This document shows, piece after piece, positions 9,289 through 17,878 of a stretch of DNA of 32,000 nt. The DNA lies in NCBI GenBank assembly GCA_964373795.1, contig CAYJVY010000007.1, forward strand, positions 60,001-92,000, read 5' to 3'. A program made the position numbers and the translations under genes. Under the pieces are notes generated by a model, which was given only the letters and a program-made list of their open reading frames with translations, was not told where the DNA came from and did no database searches. The stretch is from an uncultured archaeon (lineage in GTDB: Archaea; Iainarchaeota; Iainarchaeia; Iainarchaeales; DATDZZ01). Numbering within the stretch: the stretch's first letter is position 1; every line of letters starts with the position of its first letter.

Positions 9289-10173
9289 TTGTCGAAGAAA
9301 ATTTTAATTCTTGGAGAAGGTTTTTTAGGAACAAAACTTAATTCTAAATTAATTGAAGCAGGTTTTAATTCACTTGCAGTAAGTCCTTCTCATTTGAAAT
9401 ATAAAGTTGATATAACTATTCCAACTCAATTAAAAACAATATTCAATTCATTTAAGCCAGACATAGTAGTTCTAGTTGCAGCAATAACTGATGTTGATTT
9501 TTGTGAAAAAAATAAAGATTTAGCTTCAAAAATTAATATTGAAGGAGTCAAAAATGTTGTTGAGGCATGTAAATCTCTTGGTTGTAAATTGATTTTTATT
9601 TCAACAGATTCTGTTTTTGATGGTAAAAAAGGCAATTACTTTGAATCAGACCAAGTGAATCCAATTAACCATTATAGTTTGACTAAGGTTGAAGGAGAAA
9701 AACTTGTTTCAACTCTTAGTGATTATCTTATTTTGAGGGTAGCGGCTCTCTATGGTTTTAATCATTTAGTTAATAGAAAAACTTTTGTTAACTGGATTAT
9801 TGATTCATTAAAAAATGGTAAAAAAATTGACATAGTTACTGATCAAATGATGTGTCCAACTTTAATTGACGATATTGGTAATGCAATAATTTCATTAGTG
9901 AATCAAAATGAAAAAGGTTTATTTCATTGCTCTGGAAGTGAAGCAGTTTCAAAATACGATTTTGCTCAAAAAATTGCTAAAGTTTTTGATTTAGATTCAT
10001 CTCTTATTCAAGAAACGACTTCTGCAATATTAAAACAAACTGCTTTAAGACCTCATAATATTTCTTTAAATATTTCAAAGCTTGAAAGCAAGGGAATTAA
10101 AATGCATGGTTGTTTGCAGGGATTAAAAATTATGAAAAAACAAATGAATGAATTAATTGAATTGAATAAATAA
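9289..10173 (+). CDS. RmlD-like NDP-4-keto-6-deoxyhexose reductase
   Basis: KILILGEGFLGTKL glycine-rich N-terminus, STDSVFDG and catalytic YSLTKVEGEK, with length typical of dTDP-4-dehydrorhamnose reductase. TTG start about 20 nt downstream of a TTTTAAAT box. Confidence 0.65.
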   Translation: MSKKILILGEGFLGTKLNSKLIEAGFNSLAVSPSHLKYKVDITIPTQLKTIFNSFKPDIVVLVAAITDVDFCEKNKDLASKINIEGVKNVVEACKSLGCKLIFISTDSVFDGKKGNYFESDQVNPINHYSLTKVEGEKLVSTLSDYLILRVAALYGFNHLVNRKTFVNWIIDSLKNGKKIDIVTDQMMCPTLIDDIGNAIISLVNQNEKGLFHCSGSEAVSKYDFAQKIAKVFDLDSSLIQETTSAILKQTALRPHNISLNISKLESKGIKMHGCLQGLKIMKKQMNELIELNK

Positions 10174-10176
10174 TTC

Positions 10177-11391
10177 TTAAACTATTTCTGGAAAAGGAAT
10201 TGGAATAATAAATTTTCCTTTAAATCCTTTTTCTTTGAGTTTTGGAATAATTATATGTTTAATATTCCAAGCCAAAAGTAAAGCATATTCAGGTTGGTCT
10301 TCAAATAACTGTTTTTCGTCTATTACTTTAATATGCATTCCAGGACTATATTTTCCTATTTTTAATTCATTTCTTTCACAAAGATAATCTAAAATAAATG
10401 GCCCTATTTTGCAAAAATTTAGTAAAGTATTTCCTTTTGCTGGAGCGCCTATTCCTACAATTTTTTTGCCTTTTGATTTTAAATCATTTACTATGTCTAA
10501 CAATTTTTGTCTGTTTTCTACAACTTTTTGCCCAAATTTTGTAAAAGTTTCTTTTGTATACAATCCTGCTTTTTCCTCTTCCATTAATGTTTTTGAAACA
10601 TTTTCAATTATTTTGTATGCATTTTTTTTGCAAGCATATACTCTTAGCGAACCTCCATGAGTATCAACTCTTTTAACGTCAAAAACATCCAAGCCATATT
10701 TATTGAACAAATAAATTAATGGTTTTAATGAATAATACCTTAAATGTTCTGCATAAATTGAGTCGTATTCCATTTCATGAATTAAATCCAATAAATAATG
10801 GGATTCTTCAATGAATACTCCGTCATTTGTTAATAGTAATTTTATTCCTTTCATTAAAGAATCTAGTTCTCTTACATGAGCGAAAACATTTGTTGCAGTT
10901 ATAATTTTTGCTTTACCATTTTCTTTTAAAATTTTTTTTGCAGTTTCTTCATTAAAAAATTCAGGTAAAGTTGGAATTCCTTTTTTTACAGCTATTTTTG
11001 CTGCTTCGGATGGATCAACTCCTAATATTTTTATTTTATCAGGTAAATAAGCTTCTAATAGGGTTCCATCGTTTGAACCAATATCTATAACAAAGTCTTT
11101 TGATGAAAGATTAAATCTTGGAATTGCTTCTTTAACTAGTGCATGAAAATTGTCTTTTAAGTTTTTGTTTTCTCCAGTAAGATATACAAAGCTATCAGTG
11201 AATAGAATTTTTGGGTCAACTGCATAACCTGTTTGAACTAGTTTACATTTTTCACAAAAAAACAAGTCTAATGGATAATGTGTTTCAGGTTTTATTAATT
11301 CTTCTTTGCTTAAAAATTTATCACTTGGAGGTTGATGCCCTAAAGATAGTACTTTAATTAAGTTTTCGTTTTCACAAACTTGGCATTTCAT
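10177..11391 (-). CDS. NDP-hexose C-methyltransferase (TylCIII-type), paralog 1
   Basis: N-terminal zinc ribbon CQVC...LG.QPP...FFCEKCKLVQ, class I SAM fold VIDIGSNDGTLL and TATNVFAHV, and a C-terminal domain ending GFKGKFIIPIPFP. The start lies 2 nt after the upstream SDR stop. Confidence 0.8.
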   Translation of the reverse strand: MKCQVCENENLIKVLSLGHQPPSDKFLSKEELIKPETHYPLDLFFCEKCKLVQTGYAVDPKILFTDSFVYLTGENKNLKDNFHALVKEAIPRFNLSSKDFVIDIGSNDGTLLEAYLPDKIKILGVDPSEAAKIAVKKGIPTLPEFFNEETAKKILKENGKAKIITATNVFAHVRELDSLMKGIKLLLTNDGVFIEESHYLLDLIHEMEYDSIYAEHLRYYSLKPLIYLFNKYGLDVFDVKRVDTHGGSLRVYACKKNAYKIIENVSKTLMEEEKAGLYTKETFTKFGQKVVENRQKLLDIVNDLKSKGKKIVGIGAPAKGNTLLNFCKIGPFILDYLCERNELKIGKYSPGMHIKVIDEKQLFEDQPEYALLLAWNIKHIIIPKLKEKGFKGKFIIPIPFPEIV

Positions 11392-11393
11392 TT

Positions 11394-12386
11394 TTATTTC
11401 CCCTTTTTATTAAAGTATTTTTCATACCATTTAAAAGTTTTTCCAAGTCCTTCATCTAAATTTGTTTTTGGTTTAAAACCTAAATCTACAAGCCTTGATA
11501 TATCTGGGCATCTTCTTGAAACACTTCCTTTTGGAGCTGGATGAATGTCTATTTCTGGATTTACGTTTGCAATTGTGAAAATTTTTTTTGCTAAATTCAT
11601 TATTTTGATTTCTTCATCACTTCTTCCAATGTGAATTGTTTGAGCAGTTGTTTTAGGGCTTTCCATTACAATTTGTGTTGCTTCAATTGCGTCATCAATG
11701 AAGCAAAAAGTTCTAGTTTCTTGCCCTCCAAATATTTTGAATGGATTTTCTTTTTTCACTATTCGTTCAATAAATTGAGGAATTACATGTTCTTCCCCCA
11801 TTCGCGGACCATAAATATTGTGATATCTGATAATGCAAAAATTCATTTTATGCAAATGGTGGTAACAATTTAATGTTACTTCATTCATTATTTTGCTTGC
11901 GCCGTATGACCATCTAACATTTGATGGATTATCAATGCAGAGGGGAACGTTTTCTGGAGTTGGAATTGGGAATTTTTTTCCTAAAATCTTTAAAGTTCCT
12001 GCATAGGTTTCAGAACTTGAAGAAAACAATATTTTTCCGTGCTTTGATTTAACAAACCAATCCAATAAATTGATTGTTCCAATTACTCCTACTTTAATTA
12101 CTTTGTCTGGAATTTTGTAAAAATTTTCAGTTCCATTAATTGCAGCTAAATGGTAAACAAAATCATATTTTTTTTCTAATTTTGAAAATTCATTTGCATT
12201 AGTAATATCCATTTTAATGAAATCAGTGTTTTTGTTTTCTAAGAGTTGTTTAAACTCTTTATCTTTTTTTCCTCTAGCAAAATTATCCATTATGGTTACA
12301 TGGTATTTTTCTGCTAATTTTTTGGATAAATGAAATCCAATAAATCCTGCTCCGCCTGTAACTAAAACAGTTTTTAATGTATTCAT
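11394..12386 (-). CDS. NAD-dependent nucleotide-sugar epimerase/dehydratase/ketoreductase (extended SDR)
   Basis: [14 protein letters not shown] and catalytic YGASKIMNE, with extended-SDR length. Its first 12 codons and promoter are repeated, inverted, at 24607-24770. Confidence 0.8.
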   Translation of the reverse strand: MNTLKTVLVTGGAGFIGFHLSKKLAEKYHVTIMDNFARGKKDKEFKQLLENKNTDFIKMDITNANEFSKLEKKYDFVYHLAAINGTENFYKIPDKVIKVGVIGTINLLDWFVKSKHGKILFSSSSETYAGTLKILGKKFPIPTPENVPLCIDNPSNVRWSYGASKIMNEVTLNCYHHLHKMNFCIIRYHNIYGPRMGEEHVIPQFIERIVKKENPFKIFGGQETRTFCFIDDAIEATQIVMESPKTTAQTIHIGRSDEEIKIMNLAKKIFTIANVNPEIDIHPAPKGSVSRRCPDISRLVDLGFKPKTNLDEGLGKTFKWYEKYFNKKGK

Positions 12387-12500
12387 GTTATTATTTAACT
12401 AGAAGTTAAAGTTTTTATATCCTAGTAATACAAACTTGTAATACTTGTTTTAAGTAATTGTTTGAGTTTTTGTACTAATAAACCTTTTTAAAGTTTTATT
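12337..12500 (-). repeat. inverted repeat arm L (promoter region plus first about 17 codons of the SDR gene)
   Basis: The reverse complement aligns by hand with 24607-24770. That gives a 40-nt block with 1 mismatch and 1 indel, a roughly 26-nt diverged patch, then about 99 nt with roughly 4 differences, including ATGAATACATTAAAAACTGTTTTAGTTACAGG. Confidence 0.85.
12405..12418 (-). promoter_or_regulatory. BRE/TATA-like box ATAAAAACTTTAAC upstream of the SDR gene
   Basis: Part of inverted repeat arm L, 18 nt upstream of the start codon. Confidence 0.4.
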
Positions 12501-12552
12501 GAATTAACTGTACTATTAAATTTTAATTAAAAATAATTAATAAATAAAAAAA

Positions 12553-13794
12553 GTGAAAAAGTTGGAAAAAATAGCAATTTTAGGAATTGGAAGAGTTGGC
12601 TTGCCCTTATCATTGATTATTGCGGAAACAGGTTTTACAGTTTATGGAATTGATGTAAGAGAAGATTATGTTAATTTAATTAAATCTAAGAAAATGCCTT
12701 TTGTTGAAGAAGAAGCACAAGAATTGCTTGAAAAACAGGTTGGGAAAAACTTTTTTCCCACAACTGAAATAAAACATTTATCTGAAGTTGACATAATTAT
12801 TTTAACTCTTGGAACTCCTGTAGATGAGCACTTAAATCCGGATTTCAAGCAAATTAATTCTGTTTTACATGACTTGAAAGACAAGCTTCGAAAAGGGCAA
12901 TTAATTATTTTGCGTTCAACTGTTTCTCCTGGTACAACTGAATATATTAAGGAATTTATTGAAAAAAATACTTCTTTTCAAGTTGGAAAAGATTTATTTT
13001 TGGCTTTTTGTCCTGAAAGAATTGCTGAAGGAAAAGCAATTGTTGAAACAAAAGAAATTCCTCAAATAATTGGAGGTATTGATAAAAAAAGTTCTGAAAT
13101 GGCGAAAAACTTTTTTTCAAAAATAACTAAGGAATGCATTTTAACTGATTCTCGAAGTGCAGAATTGGCAAAAATTTTTACAAACATGTATCGTTACATT
13201 AATTTTTCAATTTCAAATGAATTCATGATTTTGGCTGAAGAACATGAAAGAAATATTTACGAAATTCTGCATTTAATTAATTACAATTATAAGCGTGGAG
13301 GAGTAAAATCCCCTGGATATACTGCTGGGCCTTGCCTTTACAAGGATGGATTTTTTTTAGTTAACACAATGCCTTTCACTGAATTAATTTCCACTAGTTG
13401 GAAAATAAATGAAACTACTCCATTGTATCTTTTGAAAAAAGTTAAAGAAATGAAGGGAAGCTTGAAAGGAAAAAAAGTTGTAATTCTTGGAATGAGTTTT
13501 AAAGCAGATATTGATGATACTCGTAATTCTTTGAGTTTTAAAATTAAAAATGCATTAATTCAGGAAAACACTGCAACAGTATGCCATGACCCATTAGTTA
13601 AGGAATTCAATTCTGATTTAAGCAATACATTAAAAGACGCAGATGTATTGTTCATTGGAATAAATCATTCTTTTTACAAAAAAAATCTCTCAATTGATTT
13701 TCTTAAAAAATTAGTGAAAAAGGATTGCATTGTTTGTGATATTTGGAATTTACTTGGCAAAACAAAAATTTGTTATTCTCTGAAAGAAGTTTAA
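12553..13794 (+). CDS. nucleotide-sugar 6-dehydrogenase (UDP-glucose/GDP-mannose dehydrogenase family, WecC/TviB-like)
   Basis: IAILGIGRVGLPLS Rossmann motif, FCPERIAEG, catalytic Cys in GPCLYKD and C-terminal ILGMSFKADIDDTRNS. GTG start. Confidence 0.8.
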   Translation: MKKLEKIAILGIGRVGLPLSLIIAETGFTVYGIDVREDYVNLIKSKKMPFVEEEAQELLEKQVGKNFFPTTEIKHLSEVDIIILTLGTPVDEHLNPDFKQINSVLHDLKDKLRKGQLIILRSTVSPGTTEYIKEFIEKNTSFQVGKDLFLAFCPERIAEGKAIVETKEIPQIIGGIDKKSSEMAKNFFSKITKECILTDSRSAELAKIFTNMYRYINFSISNEFMILAEEHERNIYEILHLINYNYKRGGVKSPGYTAGPCLYKDGFFLVNTMPFTELISTSWKINETTPLYLLKKVKEMKGSLKGKKVVILGMSFKADIDDTRNSLSFKIKNALIQENTATVCHDPLVKEFNSDLSNTLKDADVLFIGINHSFYKKNLSIDFLKKLVKKDCIVCDIWNLLGKTKICYSLKEV

Positions 13795-14736
13795 TTATTT
13801 TTTTTTGAATTCTTCTTTTAATGTTTGAATTGTTTTTTTCATTCCGGAATTAAAATCTGTTTTTGCAGTGAATCCTAGAGCTTGTTTTGAAAGTGAAGTG
13901 TTTGCAATAATTTTTTGAATTTCTGTTGCAACATTTTCTTTATGGTTTAAAGGAACATTTGTTTCAAGTAATTCATTTATTTTCATAACTAGTTCATTTA
14001 AAGTAGTGCTTTCGCCAGTTCCAATATTGAACGATTTTCCATCCATATTTTTTGGAGCCTTTGCTGCTTTAATGAATCCTTTAACTATGTCTGAAACAAA
14101 TACAAAATCTCTTTCTTGAGTTCCATCTCCATTAATTGAAGGAGCTTTTCCTTGAAGTATTTGCTCAGCAAAAATTGATATTACTCTATTTTTCATTCTA
14201 GGCCCATAGGCATTGAAGATCCTTAAACAAATAGTTGGCAATCCTTTAACATCGTTAAAAAATTTTGCATAAAATTCACCCATAACTTTAGTGAATCCAT
14301 AAGGGCTGTTTGGTTTGAATGGATCTGTTTCAGGAGTTGGATCATGTTCTGGTTCACCATAAATAATGCAAGTACTTGGAAACAAAAATCTTTCAACAGA
14401 GTTTTCATGACAAGCTTTTAAGACATTCAAAGTTCCCCCGATGTTAACCGAGTTATATGCTTCTGGAATTTTAATTGATTCTCCAACATAACTTAATGCA
14501 GCCATGTGAAAAACAAACTTTGAATCCTTTACAGCGTTATTTATTTCATTAAAGTTTCTTATATCTCCTTTAAGTATTTTAACCTCGTTTTTTACTTTCT
14601 CGAGATTTTGCATGAAGCCTGTACTAAAATTATCGAAAACTGTTACTTCAAAATTTTCTTTAACTAGTCTTTCCACTAAATGGCTTCCAATAAATCCTGC
14701 TCCACCTGTTACAACTACTTTTTCAGTCATAAGCAT
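13795..14736 (-). CDS. NAD-dependent nucleotide-sugar 4-epimerase-like SDR
   Basis: [18 protein letters not shown], catalytic YGFTKVMGE and INGDGTQERDFVFVSD. Its stop directly abuts the stop of the convergent dehydrogenase gene. Confidence 0.8.
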   Translation of the reverse strand: MLMTEKVVVTGGAGFIGSHLVERLVKENFEVTVFDNFSTGFMQNLEKVKNEVKILKGDIRNFNEINNAVKDSKFVFHMAALSYVGESIKIPEAYNSVNIGGTLNVLKACHENSVERFLFPSTCIIYGEPEHDPTPETDPFKPNSPYGFTKVMGEFYAKFFNDVKGLPTICLRIFNAYGPRMKNRVISIFAEQILQGKAPSINGDGTQERDFVFVSDIVKGFIKAAKAPKNMDGKSFNIGTGESTTLNELVMKINELLETNVPLNHKENVATEIQKIIANTSLSKQALGFTAKTDFNSGMKKTIQTLKEEFKKK

Positions 14737-14777
14737 TTTGAATTCAAATAGTATTTTAAAGTTTTTTAAGCACAGTC

Positions 14778-16049
14778 TTGGTTGTTGTTATGAGCAAATT
14801 TTTTGAAGTAAAGGAATGCAGAATTTGTAATTCAACTAATTTGAAAAAATATTTGGATTTAGGTGAAATGCCTTTAGCAAATGCATTGGTTGATCTTTCA
14901 AGTAAAGAAAAAGACTTGTTTTTTCCATTGCAGTTATTGTTTTGCAAGAATTGCTTTTTGACTCAATTAAGTGTAGTTGTAAATCCTGAAATATTGTTTT
15001 CAAATTATCCTTATCAAACATCTATTTCGAGTACTTTTCAAAAGCATTTTTTTGAAATGTCTAAAGAGGTTGCAAAACTTTTTCCCAAAAAAAATGAATG
15101 CCTTGTATTAGATATTGCAAGCAACGATGGCTGTTTATTAGAGCAATTCAAAAAAACTGGTTTCAAAGTTTTAGGAGTTGAACCCGCAAAAAATTTAGCC
15201 AAAATTGCTGAAGAAAAAGGAATTCCAACTATTCCCGAGTTTTGGAATGAGGGCGTAAGAGAAAAAATTATTTCAAATTATGGCAAGCCACTGGTTGTAA
15301 CTGCTACAAATGTTTTTGCACATGTTCACGATGTTAAATCTTTTGCTGAAAATGTTAAAGAGGTTTTAACAACTGATGGAGTTTTTATTCTTGAATTTCC
15401 TTATGCATTAAATTTGTTTGAGAAAACAGAGTTTGATACAATTTATCATGAACATTTATCTTATTTTTTAGTTCATCCTTTAATTACTTTGTTTAATGGC
15501 CTTGAAATGCAGGTATTTAATATTCAAGAAATTCCAATTCACGGAGGAAGTATTAGAGTTTTTGTTAAAAAATCTGAAAATAAAAAAATTAAAGTGAATG
15601 AAAAAGTAATTAACGAGTTTTTGGAAAGAGAAAAAAAGCATGGCCTGAATGAATTTAAATCATATGCTTCTTTTGCAGTAAAAGTTGGAAAAGTAAAAAA
15701 AGCTTTCACTAATTTGTTGAATAAATTAAAAGGTGAAAAAAAATTTGTTGCAGGTTTTGCAGCTGCAGCCAAAGCAAGTACTTTAATGCATTATTGTAAA
15801 GTTGGAAAAGAGCATATTAGGTTTATTATTGATGACGCTCCATTTAAACAAAACAAGGCTTTTTCAGGAAATCGAGTTCCAATTTATTCAAGGGCAAGGC
15901 TTGCTGATAACCCGGATTATTTGATCCTGTTTGCTTGGACTATTGCTGGAGAATTGATTAAAAAAACTAGAGAGCGAGGATTTAAAGGCAAATTTATTAT
16001 TCCAATTCCTTTTCCAAGAATTATTTTGAGTGAATCTGAATTGCTTTGA
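14778..16049 (+). CDS. NDP-hexose C-methyltransferase (TylCIII-type), paralog 2
   Basis: Zinc ribbon CRICNS...LGEMPLANAL...LFCKNCFLTQ, SAM fold VLDIASNDGCLL and TATNVFAHV, and C-terminal GFKGKFIIPIPFP. The likely true start is the ATG at 14790 (MSKFFEVKE). Confidence 0.8.
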   Translation: MVVVMSKFFEVKECRICNSTNLKKYLDLGEMPLANALVDLSSKEKDLFFPLQLLFCKNCFLTQLSVVVNPEILFSNYPYQTSISSTFQKHFFEMSKEVAKLFPKKNECLVLDIASNDGCLLEQFKKTGFKVLGVEPAKNLAKIAEEKGIPTIPEFWNEGVREKIISNYGKPLVVTATNVFAHVHDVKSFAENVKEVLTTDGVFILEFPYALNLFEKTEFDTIYHEHLSYFLVHPLITLFNGLEMQVFNIQEIPIHGGSIRVFVKKSENKKIKVNEKVINEFLEREKKHGLNEFKSYASFAVKVGKVKKAFTNLLNKLKGEKKFVAGFAAAAKASTLMHYCKVGKEHIRFIIDDAPFKQNKAFSGNRVPIYSRARLADNPDYLILFAWTIAGELIKKTRERGFKGKFIIPIPFPRIILSESELL

Positions 16050-16063
16050 TCAATGGTTACTAT

Positions 16064-17524
16064 CTAGGTTTTTTGAAGTGTCTCATTCCCACTAAGTTTA
16101 ATTAAGACATATTCCTTTATTTTTTTTATATAATGCAAAATTATTTTAGGGTCTTTAAATACTATTTTTAATTTATGTCTTATTAATTTGGGTGTTGCAG
16201 AAAAAGTTATTTCCACTGGAAGTTTAGTATTATATTGTTCAACTTCTTTTCTAGTAAAATTGGTTCCAACAAGTCCTGTTTTTTCCAAAGCTTCTTCATA
16301 AGAATCTCCTTTTAGAGTGCCTTCTTTTATTCCTTCTTCCCAAAGAGCGGTTCCAGGAATGGGTGTTGCAGAAGCCATACTAATTGACACGGGTTTTACT
16401 TTTTTGAAAAAATTCAATGTTTTTTGTAGTGTTTGAGTTGTTTCACCAGGTAAAAGGCTTATGGAAAATAAATGTAGTATAATGTCATACTTTTTTCCTA
16501 AAGCAATTGCTTTTTCAACACTTTCTAATTTTCCATGTTTATTAGCTCTATCAAGAATTTCTTGTGCTGCAGATTCAAAACCCACTCCAATCCACATGCA
16601 TCTCGATCTTTTTAATGCATCCATTATTTCATCGTTCAGGAACTCACTTCTAGTTTGAATTATGTAAGTTAAGTTTGGAAATTTTTTCTCAAGATAGTCA
16701 CAAATTTTTAAAGTTCTTGTTTTATTTAGTGTAAAAATTTCATCTGAAAATGCAAAACTTTTCAAACCTTTTTTACTAAGATATTCAATTTCTTTAAAAA
16801 CATCTTCAAGATTTCTTTCCCTATATTTTTTGTTTAATATTTTTGAAGAACAATAATTGCAACTATAAACGCATCCTCTTGTAGAAACTATTTGAAAAAG
16901 ATCTCCTGAATTTGTTGAAAAATATTTTTCCACAGGAAGAATTGAATAATCGGCTGCCATAATTTGTTGCATGTCTGGAAGTTCTTGTGAGGGGTTTCTG
17001 ACAAATTCATTCCCTCTAAAAAACGAAATTCCCTTTACTTCTTTCAAGTCATTAAAATTTTTTACTATATTAAGAAAAACGATTTCTGGTTCTCCTTGTA
17101 TTGCAATGTCTGCGCCAGTTTCTCTTAAAGTTTTCTCAGGAAAAATAGTTCCATGAGGACCTGAAACAACAAATTTTGTCTTAACTCCATTTTCTTTGAG
17201 TGTGCTTAAAATCTCCTTAACATGATTTGTAAATGGAATATTACATCTTGCAGAAATCCATACTTCAGTAGGAATTAAAATTATGTCCGGATTGAAGTCT
17301 TTGACCATTTCTATTATTTCAATATTTGAAAGTTTTTGAATAGTTGGATCTAAAGCCAATATATCATTAAATCCAGACTTCTTCAATAAAGCACTAATAT
17401 GGAAAAACTCATTTGGACATTTAGGAGCTGTATTTATTATCATTGCAGTATTCCTTGAAAGCGCTATCTGTGATTTTGAAAATGAGCTTAAAGCAACTCG
17501 TGGGTTTAATAAAAGAATTTTCAT
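16064..17524 (-). CDS. B12-binding-domain radical SAM enzyme (class B radical SAM, putative methyltransferase)
   Basis: N-terminal Rossmann-like MKILLLNPR...DIILIPTEVW, then the radical SAM cluster motif VSTRGCVYSCNYCSS. The longest ORF runs to 17719. The ATG at 17524 has GGAG 7 nt upstream, and the extra 65 codons are low-complexity K/N/S/Y. Confidence 0.75.
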   Translation of the reverse strand: MKILLLNPRVALSSFSKSQIALSRNTAMIINTAPKCPNEFFHISALLKKSGFNDILALDPTIQKLSNIEIIEMVKDFNPDIILIPTEVWISARCNIPFTNHVKEILSTLKENGVKTKFVVSGPHGTIFPEKTLRETGADIAIQGEPEIVFLNIVKNFNDLKEVKGISFFRGNEFVRNPSQELPDMQQIMAADYSILPVEKYFSTNSGDLFQIVSTRGCVYSCNYCSSKILNKKYRERNLEDVFKEIEYLSKKGLKSFAFSDEIFTLNKTRTLKICDYLEKKFPNLTYIIQTRSEFLNDEIMDALKRSRCMWIGVGFESAAQEILDRANKHGKLESVEKAIALGKKYDIILHLFSISLLPGETTQTLQKTLNFFKKVKPVSISMASATPIPGTALWEEGIKEGTLKGDSYEEALEKTGLVGTNFTRKEVEQYNTKLPVEITFSATPKLIRHKLKIVFKDPKIILHYIKKIKEYVLIKLSGNETLQKT

Positions 17525-17878
17525 TAAAAAACTCCAAATGATATTTGACTTTGATTTAAATTTGTTGTATGAAAATATACTTCTTATTAAATAATTTGAA
17601 TTATATTTATTGTATCTTAAAAAGTATTTAAACCTTTCTTTAGGTTGATGCTTTGTTTTATCCCAACTTAGGTTCCCTATATTTTTAACTATTACGTGGC
17701 CATCAAAACAAGAGTTCATAATTCATAAACAAGCGGCAAACTAGAACGCTGGTTTGGGACTGCAAAAAAACTCAAAAAACATTTTGGCAGAGGGAACATT
17801 AATTCAGAACAATACAAGAGCAGTGTTGAACCAAAACACTTAAAAACATTAAAAAAATACATATTTAAGAAAAACTTT

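Noticed and set aside
15978-16016. A 39-nt near-identical stretch (1 mismatch) between the 3' ends of the two C-methyltransferase genes (also 10189-10227 on the minus strand), considered as evidence of gene conversion
   Set aside because: The stretch encodes the identical peptide GFKGKFIIPIPFP. It uses the AT-rich codons preferred throughout the window, so protein conservation plus codon bias explains it without recombination.
17525-17719. 65-codon N-terminal extension of the B12 radical SAM ORF, as given in the ORF track
   Set aside because: The extension is K/N/S/Y-rich low-complexity sequence. Homolog-like sequence begins at MKILLLNPR, and that ATG (17524) has GGAG 7 nt upstream. The extension is probably non-coding.
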